Part shown: piece by piece, positions 43,941-52,515 of the stretch
How positions within the stretch are numbered: the stretch's first letter is position 1
Layout of the letters: every line of letters begins with the position of its first letter
Assembly (NCBI GenBank): GCA_903913645.1
Contig: CAIWMA010000182.1
Span: 1 to 62,686, forward strand
Length of the DNA: 62,686 nucleotides
Direction: 5' to 3'
Origin: an uncultured Bacteroidales bacterium
GTDB taxonomy: Bacteria > Bacteroidota > Bacteroidia > Bacteroidales > UBA4417
The notes under the pieces: model-generated
Databases searched by the model: none
What the model was told of the DNA's origin: nothing
The model's input: the letters and a program-made list of their open reading frames with translations, nothing else
Made by a program: the position numbers and the translations under genes

Positions 43941-46451
43941 TTAAAAAAAGAGTGAACCTATCTGAAACAATGCCAGAGAGCCAAGGTACGCCAATGTTGT
44001 GGTATAAACAACTACAAATGCAGCCCATTTCCAGTGTCCGGATTCACGGCTGATGGCCGAAACAACTCCGATGCAAGGGAAATAAATAAGTATAAAAAGC
44101 ATAAAACTCAATGCAACCAGGGGTGTAAAAACAGGCTTTCCTTCCTGAATACCCGTGGTATAATACTGGTTTTGAAGTTTTTCGACAAGTGGCTGAGTGC
44201 CATTTGCGGAATTTTGTGTCTGATACAAAACGCCCAAAGTTCCTACAACTACTTCTTTGGCTGAAACACCTGTAAGTAGTGCTACACTCATTTTCCAGTC
44301 GAATCCTAACGGACGCATTACCGGCTCAATAAAATGACCGATCCTGCCAATAAAAGAGTTTTTCTGCTGTGCAACGCGAACAGAAAAATCAAGTTCTTTT
44401 ATTTTTGAGGAAATATTCAAATTAAGCGAATCCTTAATATTCTTTGGAAGCGATAAAGATTGGTTGTTTGAAGCCATCTCATTCTTCAAGGCAGAAACCT
44501 GGTTTTCAAGTTGTTGTTTTTCAGCAAAGTGAACAGGGAAATAACCAAGTGCCCAGATAATAATGGAAGATATCAGGATAATTCCACCGATTTTCTGAAG
44601 ATATTGCCCTGTCCGGTGCCACATATGCCTCACAATGCTCCTCATGGTTGGAACACGGTAGGGTGGAAGTTCCATCACAAAAGGTACATCTTTCTTCCTG
44701 AATAGTGTTTTTCTGAATATCAGTGCTGATGCGATTGCCAGAAGTACGCCGGTAAAATAAATCCCAAATAATATGGTGCCCTGGTACGACTGGAAAAAAG
44801 CTGTGATAAAAAGGATATAAACCGGTAATCTTGCGCTGCACGACATGAAAGGATTAATAAGCATCGTAATCAACCTGTCACGACGGCTTTCGATGATCCT
44901 TGTGGAAAGAATTGCCGGAACATTACAGCCAAAACCCATAAGTAAAGGAATAAATGACTTTCCGTGAAGACCAATCTTGTGCATGGCTTTGTCCATAATA
45001 AACACAGCCCGGGCCATATAGCCTGTATCTTCCATTAACGAAATGAAAAGGTACAAAAGCAGAATATTGGGTAAGAAAATGATGACACCACCTACGCCTC
45101 CAATAATACCCTGGATCAGAAGGTCTTTAAACATTCCATCTGCCATATTCGACTGGATGAGCGAAGAAACTTCCTGAACCATCCATTGTATCCATTGCAT
45201 CGGATAATTGCCGATTTTGAATGTTCCATAAAAAGTAGCCCACATAAGGCCGATAAAAATGGGTATACCCCAGATTTTATGAGTAATGAAGATATCTATG
45301 ATGTCGCTTCTGTGACGTCGTGTCTGCGGATTAGCTTTAAGTGTTTCAGCAAGAGCACCAGCAATAAATCCGTATTTGGCATCTGTGATAAGTGTTTCAG
45401 TATCTTCACGTTGCTCCAGCTCAATCCTGGCCTGTTCACGTTGAACAGTCTCAGTTATTTCACCAGCATTTTTAAGTTTTGCGGCCTTATTTTTAGCATC
45501 CTGATCTTTCTCAAGTAACTTGATTGCCAGGAATCTGGACGATATTTTATTCAGAAAATCATCGTTTTCCTGGATGCGCAATTTTTTTTGAACAGCCTTG
45601 ATTCCTTCCTCAAGTGACCTGCCATAATTAATATGGATATGCCTCGAAACCTGGTCGCTGCCTTCGCAAACCTCAATTATTTTTGAAAATAAATCATGTA
45701 TTCCTTTTCCCCGTGATGCAACAGTTGGAATAAACGGAACACCAAGCATCTGACCAAGGTATTCAAAGTTTAGAATATCTCCTTTCTTTTCCAGCTCATC
45801 AAACATATTAAGGGCAACTATAACCCTGATATCCATATCGATAAGTTGAGTGGTAAGGTAAAGGTTGCGTTCCAGGTTAGATGCGTCAACCACATTAACA
45901 ACCACGTCAGGCATGTTCTCGTTAATAAAATCACGAACATAAAGTTCTTCCGGCGAATATGCCGTTATCGAATATGTTCCGGGCAGATCGGTGATGATAA
46001 ACTCATAGCCTTCCTGGTCAAATTTTGCTTCTTTGGCATCAACAGTTACACCGCTATAATTACCAACCCTTTCGCGTGAATTGGATGCATAATTGAAAAG
46101 TGTTGTTTTCCCGGAGTTTGGATTGCCTACAAAGGCAACATGTATGATTTTATTCTTTCCTGAATATTGAGTGTTTTCCGAAACTTCATTCAGAGTTCCT
46201 GAATAATTGATCTCCTGTTCGGTAATATTAAGCGGGTCAACTTCAATAAGTTGCGCTTCGCTCATGCGGAGAGTGACATTATAGCCTAAAATATTGTATT
46301 CAACAGGATCCTGCAAAGGAGCCTTTTTGACAACTGTGACTTCTTTTCCAACAACGAATCCCATCTCGGTAATCCTTTTCCGAAAGGCTCCACGTCCTTT
46401 AACCCTAAGGATAGTAGCTTTGCTGACAGGTTCGAGTTCACTCAGATTCAC
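43941..46451 (-). CDS. feoB: Ferrous iron transporter, FeoA-FeoB fusion
   Basis: 836 aa. N-terminal FeoA SH3-like segment (ILRVKGRGAFRKRITEMGFVVGKEV). G-domain GNPNSGKTTLFN and DLPGTYS. Polytopic C-terminus. Confidence 0.92.
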   Translation of the reverse strand: MNLSELEPVSKATILRVKGRGAFRKRITEMGFVVGKEVTVVKKAPLQDPVEYNILGYNVTLRMSEAQLIEVDPLNITEQEINYSGTLNEVSENTQYSGKNKIIHVAFVGNPNSGKTTLFNYASNSRERVGNYSGVTVDAKEAKFDQEGYEFIITDLPGTYSITAYSPEELYVRDFINENMPDVVVNVVDASNLERNLYLTTQLIDMDIRVIVALNMFDELEKKGDILNFEYLGQMLGVPFIPTVASRGKGIHDLFSKIIEVCEGSDQVSRHIHINYGRSLEEGIKAVQKKLRIQENDDFLNKISSRFLAIKLLEKDQDAKNKAAKLKNAGEITETVQREQARIELEQREDTETLITDAKYGFIAGALAETLKANPQTRRHRSDIIDIFITHKIWGIPIFIGLMWATFYGTFKIGNYPMQWIQWMVQEVSSLIQSNMADGMFKDLLIQGIIGGVGGVIIFLPNILLLYLFISLMEDTGYMARAVFIMDKAMHKIGLHGKSFIPLLMGFGCNVPAILSTRIIESRRDRLITMLINPFMSCSARLPVYILFITAFFQSYQGTILFGIYFTGVLLAIASALIFRKTLFRKKDVPFVMELPPYRVPTMRSIVRHMWHRTGQYLQKIGGIILISSIIIWALGYFPVHFAEKQQLENQVSALKNEMASNNQSLSLPKNIKDSLNLNISSKIKELDFSVRVAQQKNSFIGRIGHFIEPVMRPLGFDWKMSVALLTGVSAKEVVVGTLGVLYQTQNSANGTQPLVEKLQNQYYTTGIQEGKPVFTPLVALSFMLFILIYFPCIGVVSAISRESGHWKWAAFVVVYTTTLAYLGSLALFQIGSLFF

Positions 46452-46587
46452 AGGTTATTGCTATTTAGATCAAATAAATATTGTACAAAGATACTACGAT
46501 TATTTTACCCGGAAACGCCAAATATCTGAAAATAGTAGATTAGTTGCTATTTGTATATAAATAGCCTTAAAATTGCACTATAAAACG

Positions 46588-47127
46588 TTAAAACATCAAT
46601 TCATCTTCCTGTTGAGCCGGAAAAGCAAGAGCATGAATAGCCGGAAGAAGTGCAGCAATCCGGGCTCCCCAATGCGAAATAAATAAACTCCGACATTCAT
46701 AAACGGCATTTTGTTTCGCGTAGGATAAATTTTTCTGATATAGGAGTACAAAATCTTTCAGATCCTGGTAAACATCGGCAAGGTGTTCCGAAATACTTGC
46801 TTTTAAAGGAACATTATCAGTATTTTCGTATGAAAGGGTATAGAAATCATCATTTCCCGGGAACACAGTTAAGAGAGAATTGTAAATACTTTCCCATTGA
46901 TCCTCATTAACGAACCTCTCGCCTAAATAATCTTCATCAGGTTCAACAACTGGCAAAATCGCACCTTTCAGGTAGAGAAGCGGACAAATTTTGGCATAGT
47001 ATTGTAGCACCTCGTCGGGATTATATTTTTCAGCTTTTTCGGTGAAGAGGCAGAATTCATTTGCAACTGTCAGCATATCAATTACATTAGCTGAAATTGC
47101 AGGATCGGAGGTTGGTGTATTTTTCAT
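46588..47127 (-). CDS. DUF5063-like hypothetical protein
   Basis: I prefer the start MKNTPTSDP (ATG at 47127). Helical protein. The family assignment is from memory only. Confidence 0.45.
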   Translation of the reverse strand: MKNTPTSDPAISANVIDMLTVANEFCLFTEKAEKYNPDEVLQYYAKICPLLYLKGAILPVVEPDEDYLGERFVNEDQWESIYNSLLTVFPGNDDFYTLSYENTDNVPLKASISEHLADVYQDLKDFVLLYQKNLSYAKQNAVYECRSLFISHWGARIAALLPAIHALAFPAQQEDELMF

Positions 47128-47256
47128 AAAATATATTCTGGTATGATAATAAAAACGCGTCAAAGGTATTAATTTGCACTGTGATCGCCACGTAATATCA
47201 GGCATAAAAAAAGTGCCTCAGGGGCACTCAATTATTAAAATAGGAGGTAGGTGCTC

Positions 47257-47562
47257 CTAAAGTTTCTTCATTATGATCAGCCGGGCTTCTTCTGTACCGT
47301 AATTTTGAAATCCACGGTCCATGTTTTTTCCTATTTCCACGGTATCATATAATGATAATTGGGTTTTAGTTTCACCCATATTCAAAGTAACTTCACCTTT
47401 AATAAGACAGGCAACAACATTAAATTGATTTGGATGTTGCGGCATATCCTGGCCAGGTAGCAGGCAAAGATGTATAACTTCAAGCGAAGCAGAAGAATGC
47501 ATTTTATATCCTTCAAGGTTTACAGGCACTTTCGGGGCATTTGATAATGAAACTATTTTCAT
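47257..47562 (-). CDS. Cupin-domain protein
   Basis: 101 aa, small beta-barrel pattern (LLPGQDMPQHPN...). It overlaps the upstream gene by 4 nt. Confidence 0.7.
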   Translation of the reverse strand: MKIVSLSNAPKVPVNLEGYKMHSSASLEVIHLCLLPGQDMPQHPNQFNVVACLIKGEVTLNMGETKTQLSLYDTVEIGKNMDRGFQNYGTEEARLIIMKKL

Positions 47563-47921
47563 CTGGAATGGGTTGTTTTGGACGTAGATTTCCTTTTCTG
47601 TTTTGGCGCAGTCAGATTATCAATTATATGAGATATTGCGAAAACAGGATTTCTGAAGATCATTCTTGGGCCTGCCCATCGCATCACCTTGCGCATTTGT
47701 TCCCGCATTACCGGCGAATAACAATGAACAGGACAATGCTTGCAAACTGGTTTTACTTCTCCATACATGCATGACAATAGGCGTTTTTCGGCATATTTTC
47801 CCAGCAATTCACATTCCTCACATAAATTTCCTTCGCTGTTATGATTCTCATGGCAATATATTTTAATCATTGCCTGAACAATAACGGATTCTCTTTCTCG
47901 GCGGGTCTTTAGCAGGAACAT
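47559..47921 (-). CDS. Nitrous oxide-stimulated promoter (YgbA-like) family Cys-rich protein
   Basis: 120 aa. CHENH...CEECE...CMYGE..KPVCKHCPVHCY pattern. Confidence 0.65.
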   Translation of the reverse strand: MFLLKTRRERESVIVQAMIKIYCHENHNSEGNLCEECELLGKYAEKRLLSCMYGEVKPVCKHCPVHCYSPVMREQMRKVMRWAGPRMIFRNPVFAISHIIDNLTAPKQKRKSTSKTTHSR

Positions 47922-47932
47922 GGCCTTAAAAT

Positions 47933-48262
47933 TTATTCTCTTATCATAGTAAGGAGCATGATAAATCTCTCATTTGCATTTACAGCATGAGGAGTATTGG
48001 CCGGCATAATAATGCTTTCACCTGCAGAAAGTTGATTAGGGTTTCCACCAATTACAATTTCTGCACTTCCTGCCATTACCTGCACCATAGCATCGAATGG
48101 CGCTGTATGCTCACTCAGTTTCTGGCCTGCATCAAAAGCAAATAAGGTGATATTTCCTTTTTCCTTCTGGATGATTCTTTTGCTTACAATTCCATCAGTC
48201 TGATAACTGATTGAATCAGTAAATACAAAAGGAGTTCCGTGTTCAATTTTATCGTTTTCCAT
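47933..48262 (-). CDS. Cupin-domain protein
   Basis: 109 aa. GQKLSEHTAPFDAMVQVMAGSAEI...MPANTPHAV cupin motifs. Confidence 0.8.
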   Translation of the reverse strand: MENDKIEHGTPFVFTDSISYQTDGIVSKRIIQKEKGNITLFAFDAGQKLSEHTAPFDAMVQVMAGSAEIVIGGNPNQLSAGESIIMPANTPHAVNANERFIMLLTMIRE

Positions 48263-48418
48263 TTGTGGGCTGGGATGTTAATTGGTATAAGTTATTTGTT
48301 AATAGTTGTTTGGGATTTGCTTTTCCATACCAAAATTGACCATCTACGAAAGCAAGTTATGTTGTAACTTAAGGTTCTTGTTTAAATTAACGATTCAACC
48401 AATTAACCTTTACAAATT

Positions 48419-49348
48419 CTACACCCATTCTTCGTTCAAAATATCCCCTTTAATCCCAACCACTATTTTCTTGATCGGGATATTGCGGCCTGACTGCTGT
48501 ACAGCCATTTTAGCCATCTGAATCAATCCGCCGCAACATGGAACTTCCATAATAGGAACGGTTAATGTATTGATTTTTGCTTTCGAAATCATCGTAACAA
48601 GCTTATCCAAATATACATCTTTATTGGTATCAAGTTTAGGGCATGCAATAGCCAAAGATTTATTTTTTAAAAGGCGATTGTGGAAATCTCCCATGGCAAA
48701 TGCCACACAGTCAGCAGCTACCACCACATCAGCACCCTGGAAATAAGAAGCCATTGGATTAACCAGATGGAGTTGCACCGGCCACTGGCGTAGTTCGGAT
48801 GCGGCAGTTGCGTCAGATTTTTCAGCAACTGCCGAAGCGGCTACAGCATTAACTTTGTCCATATCAATACGGAAATCTATTGTTTTTGAACTTCCACATC
48901 CACAGGCGCTTTCCTGTTCAGGTTTCTCGTGATTCAAGGCATCTTTCATAGTTGAAAAAATTAATGGTGTTGAAATTGTCGGTTTTATATCAGTTCCGGG
49001 GCTAAGATCAATATTGTTATGTTTGATATAGGCTACAGCTTCCTTCAGAAACTCATGTTCGTTATGATCGCGCAGATGTTCGAGGTGTGCCAGGATTGTA
49101 TTTCTGCCCTGTTTTACAATGGTTTCCATTACCACAGTTTCATTGTAAGGCTCTGCTTCACGCTCAATAATTTCAATGGCTCCTTCGGGGCAATGGCCCA
49201 AACAAGCTCCTAGGCCATCGCAGAACAAGTCGCTGATTAACCGGGCTTTACCATCAATAATCTGAAGTGCTCCTTCATGACAATTAGGGATGCATAATCC
49301 GCAACCGTTACATAATTCTTCATCAATTTGGATAATCTTTCTAAGCAT
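48419..49348 (-). CDS. 4Fe-4S dicluster ferredoxin-domain protein with Cys-containing C-terminal domain
   Basis: 309 aa. CNGCGLCIPNC and CDGLGACLGHCP cluster motifs. C-terminus has ACPKL...PCCGG. Confidence 0.8.
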   Translation of the reverse strand: MLRKIIQIDEELCNGCGLCIPNCHEGALQIIDGKARLISDLFCDGLGACLGHCPEGAIEIIEREAEPYNETVVMETIVKQGRNTILAHLEHLRDHNEHEFLKEAVAYIKHNNIDLSPGTDIKPTISTPLIFSTMKDALNHEKPEQESACGCGSSKTIDFRIDMDKVNAVAASAVAEKSDATAASELRQWPVQLHLVNPMASYFQGADVVVAADCVAFAMGDFHNRLLKNKSLAIACPKLDTNKDVYLDKLVTMISKAKINTLTVPIMEVPCCGGLIQMAKMAVQQSGRNIPIKKIVVGIKGDILNEEWV

Positions 49349-49760
49349 ACTTAATGTCTTTTGTTTTTAGATCTGATATTTTCGTATTGGACATATATTC
49401 TACGAATTCATTAGTCAGTTTATCAGGCTTACCACCAAAAATGCATGTGATAAAAGGGCAATGATTTTCGGTAATTCCACAAAACTGACATTCCACACTG
49501 CCTTCGATCAATTGATAAATTTCCAGCATACTAATCTGATCGGCTTTCTTTTTTAAAGTAAAACCACCTCCTGGACCCCGATTAGACTCAAGGTATTCAT
49601 TTTTTGCAAGTATCTGTAATATTTTGGCTAAGTGATTTTGTGAAACATGAAGAATTTCAGAAATCTTTTTTGCGTTAAGTCTGACAGTAGAAGATGCAAT
49701 AATTGCCAGACTATGAATAGCCAGAGAAGCTGCTTCTGAAATATGTACCAGTCGGCTCAC
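49341..49760 (-). CDS. Rrf2-family transcriptional regulator
   Basis: 139 aa. wHTH ...ISEILHVSQNHLAKILQILAKNEYLESNRGPGGGFTL. Cys ligand candidates CQFC...C...C. It overlaps the Fe-S gene by 8 nt. Confidence 0.85.
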   Translation of the reverse strand: MSRLVHISEAASLAIHSLAIIASSTVRLNAKKISEILHVSQNHLAKILQILAKNEYLESNRGPGGGFTLKKKADQISMLEIYQLIEGSVECQFCGITENHCPFITCIFGGKPDKLTNEFVEYMSNTKISDLKTKDIKYA

Positions 49761-49777
49761 GTTATATAGGAATTAAA

Positions 49778-49796
49778 GTATTTGAATGCGCAAATA
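49778..49796. promoter_or_regulatory. Operator-like box 1 (GTATTTGAATGCGCAAATA)
   Basis: Contains a perfect TATTTG-N6-CAAATA inverted repeat, 17 nt upstream of the Rrf2 start codon. It is 15/19 identical to the box at 50295-50313. Its complement includes a TAtaTTTG -7-like box. Confidence 0.4.
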
Positions 49797-49870
49797 TACA
49801 AACTAATTAATAGAGCATGCAAACCTGATAAATAATTTTTGCATTTTGTCGGGAAATAGGAGTAAAGCGT

Positions 49871-50272
49871 CTATTCCATTAAATCAGCAAGCGTATTCGA
49901 AGATAAATGCTCGCGGAAAGTTTGTGTCATTTTGGAAACAACTGTCCCCAATATACACTTCTCAAAAGGACAAACCTGCTTTTCGTGAGGGCAATTTATA
50001 ACTTTTACCTGTCCTTCGATAGCTTCATAAATCTGTAACAAAGTAATTTTCTCCGGCTCGATATTCAGCTTAAATCCACCCGAAGGTCCGCGGTTCGAAA
50101 ATAAGAATCCTTCCTTTACAAGACGTTGCATAACTTTAGCAACATGGTGACGCGACGAACCTGTGATGTCAGCAATTTTCTGAACATTAATAATTTCCCC
50201 TGCGCGGGCAACCAGTACCATGCCATGCATGCCAATGGAAGCAGCTTCGGAATATGAAACAATTTTAGCCAT
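49871..50272 (-). CDS. Rrf2-family transcriptional regulator
   Basis: 133 aa. ...IADITGSSRHHVAKVMQRLVKEGFLFSNRGPSGGFKL. Cys residues at CPHEKQVCPFEKC. Confidence 0.9.
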   Translation of the reverse strand: MAKIVSYSEAASIGMHGMVLVARAGEIINVQKIADITGSSRHHVAKVMQRLVKEGFLFSNRGPSGGFKLNIEPEKITLLQIYEAIEGQVKVINCPHEKQVCPFEKCILGTVVSKMTQTFREHLSSNTLADLME

Positions 50273-50294
50273 TCTGCTATATAAGTATTTAATT

Positions 50295-50313
50295 GCTCAA
50301 ATGTCGGTATTAT
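50295..50313. promoter_or_regulatory. Operator-like box 2 (GTATTTAATTGCTCAAATG)
   Basis: 22 nt upstream of the second Rrf2 start codon. 15/19 identical to box 1 in the same orientation. Confidence 0.35.
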
Positions 50314-50414
50314 TATTTTACTTTAAGTAATGTCGATGCAATTTGAAGCAATTCTAAATAAGTGGAATGGAATGGTTTTTGATTAATAATAATCATAACA
50401 CTGATTCTAAACTA

Positions 50415-51017
50415 ATGCGATCTACAAAAAAACTGCTTCTAGCCTCGATCACTTTTCTGATTTTTTTTACTTCCTGCGATGTAATGCAGCAGGTTTCGCA
50501 AATTAACAATCTTACAAAATGTGAATTCAGGATTGAATCTGTACAGCATCTAAATCTTGCCGGGATAAACGTTCAAAACGTAAATAAAATATCTGATCTC
50601 AATATGTTTGATGCGGCTAAAATCGCTGCAGCCTTATCATCACAGCAATTTCCACTTGATTTTACATTAAATATTGAGGCAAAAAATCCTAACACTACAG
50701 CAGCAGGTATGACGCGCATTGATTGGATTCTTTTTATTGATGATATTGAAATGACACGCGGTATTCAGGACAAACAGGTAACTATACCAGCAAACAATAG
50801 CATTGCGGTTATTCCAATGCAATTGCATGTTGATTTACAAAAAGCATTAACCGGGAAAAGTGCCGATGCAGTTATTAATTTTGGCATGAACCTGGCAGGT
50901 AACGGAAACAAACCTACCCGATTTACGTTAAAAATGAAACCCACCATTACTGTTGGCGGCATTCCAATGACGTATCCCGGATATTTGAATATAAAAACTG
51001 AATTTGGTGCAAATTAG
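50415..51017 (+). CDS. LEA_2 (NDR1/HIN1-like, LEA14-type) lipoprotein
   Basis: I prefer the start MRSTKKLLLASITFLIFFTSC (lipobox). FPLDFTLNIEAKNPN...IDWILFIDDIEM pattern. Confidence 0.55.
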   Translation: MRSTKKLLLASITFLIFFTSCDVMQQVSQINNLTKCEFRIESVQHLNLAGINVQNVNKISDLNMFDAAKIAAALSSQQFPLDFTLNIEAKNPNTTAAGMTRIDWILFIDDIEMTRGIQDKQVTIPANNSIAVIPMQLHVDLQKALTGKSADAVINFGMNLAGNGNKPTRFTLKMKPTITVGGIPMTYPGYLNIKTEFGAN

Positions 51018-51032
51018 AAACAACTCTACAAC

Positions 51033-51410
51033 ATGGACAATATGAATGCTACTAAAATACTTCATTACATTGCTTTGATTCTCGGATTTCAGGCTTCTGC
51101 TTTCTTCTTATTTTTCCTGATATCGGATGGAGTCGGTGACCTTATTGATGGTAAATTCAGTGTGATTCCTATACTGATAATGATGATTTTCACAGTTATA
51201 GGATATATTTGGGCTCTTTCGAAACCAAAACTTGGAAGTCTCATTATGATCTCTGGTGGCGTTGTTATGGCAATTTATCTTTTATTTCTAGGCGGAATAG
51301 TTGGGATCAAGATGGCAATGATATATGGTCTGCCATTTATAATTCCCGGCCTGATATTTTATTTTGTTGGAAAAACGGAAACCGGGTCAGAACCGGATCA
51401 AACAATTTAG
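51033..51410 (+). CDS. Hypothetical membrane protein (4 TM helices)
   Basis: 125-aa hydrophobic ORF. No family recognised. Confidence 0.5.
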   Translation: MDNMNATKILHYIALILGFQASAFFLFFLISDGVGDLIDGKFSVIPILIMMIFTVIGYIWALSKPKLGSLIMISGGVVMAIYLLFLGGIVGIKMAMIYGLPFIIPGLIFYFVGKTETGSEPDQTI

Positions 51411-51413
51411 AAC

Positions 51414-51443
51414 ATACCCCGGTAGCGATATTGGGGTTTTTTG
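51414..51443 (+). terminator. Intrinsic terminator
   Basis: ACCCC 51416-51420 / GGGGT 51433-51437, followed by TTTTTTG. Confidence 0.6.
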
Positions 51444-51608
51444 TTGTTAAAATATATGCTGATTTAAAACTCTATTAGTGATTCACCCGGGTTTCGCCGG
51501 TAGAAATTTTATTCTAAATTTGTCGATGAGTGAAATATGAAAGGAAATTTGTCACTAAAAGACATTTGAATTAATTTTTTATGCGAAACCACTAAAAATA
51601 GTAACCGG

Positions 51609-52487
51609 ATGGATAAGAAAGCAAAGTTAAACAAGGTATTGCAGTTCCCTTTAACAAAAATCAGTATTGGGCTGGTTGTGGTTGCTATAGCCACAGTATT
51701 GGTGCAATCTGGTACACAGGCAATCGCTAAGCATATTCTGTTCAACGAAGATATTAAGAACCTTTTAGTAGCTATACTGTCAGCAGCAACTGCATTATTC
51801 ACATATCTCTATTTGTTCAGGTTTTATGAGAAGCGAAAAATTGAAGAGCTATCAACCACTCACTTTTTGCGAAACTCACTTACAGGTTTTTCTACAGGTT
51901 TCCTGATCCTTTCCATTGTTATACTTGTTATGTATTTTGGGAAGGCTTATACAATATTATCTGTTAATCCTGCCTCATTTTTGATTCCGGCCCTGGCCAT
52001 TGGGGTTTCGAGTGCTATATTCGAAGAAATTTTATTCAGGGGAATTATTTTCAGGATTACAGAACAAAGGCTTGGAACAATCTGGGCTTTGATTATTTCT
52101 TCTTCCTTCTTTGGTTTTGCACATCTTGCGAACCCGAACAGTACAGCTTTTTCGGCAATCGCCATCACCATCGAAGCGGGACTATTATTAGGAGCAGCTT
52201 ATATCTATTCGAAAAATTTATGGCTGCCAATCTTTATTCATTTTGCATGGAACTTTTCGGAAGGAGGGATTTACGGAGCCATTATATCAGGAAACGGATT
52301 GACAAAGAGCCTGATAACCAGTAAAATCAGTGGGCCCGAATTACTTACCGGGGGGACTTTCGGTCCTGAAAACTCATTACAGGCAGTCATCCTGGGATTG
52401 GTAACAGGTATTGTGTTTTTATGGATGGCGAATAAGCAGGGTAAAATGGTTAAGCCATTCTGGAAACAGCAAAAGATTGAAAATTAG
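51609..52487 (+). CDS. CPBP-family intramembrane glutamic endopeptidase
   Basis: 292 aa. EEILFRG, FGFAHL and IHFAWN motifs. Confidence 0.85.
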   Translation: MDKKAKLNKVLQFPLTKISIGLVVVAIATVLVQSGTQAIAKHILFNEDIKNLLVAILSAATALFTYLYLFRFYEKRKIEELSTTHFLRNSLTGFSTGFLILSIVILVMYFGKAYTILSVNPASFLIPALAIGVSSAIFEEILFRGIIFRITEQRLGTIWALIISSSFFGFAHLANPNSTAFSAIAITIEAGLLLGAAYIYSKNLWLPIFIHFAWNFSEGGIYGAIISGNGLTKSLITSKISGPELLTGGTFGPENSLQAVILGLVTGIVFLWMANKQGKMVKPFWKQQKIEN

Positions 52488-52515
52488 GAATATGTGGTGT
52501 TCCTGCTTTACTTTT

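Noticed and set aside
51509-51802. Small ORFs in intergenic or antisense positions (51509-51802, 54408-54647, 54784-55104, 13409-13642, 10026-10220, 17-235 and others)
   Set aside because: The translations are low-complexity or hydrophobic nonsense. They overlap better genes, tRNA or terminators, and have no recognisable motifs.
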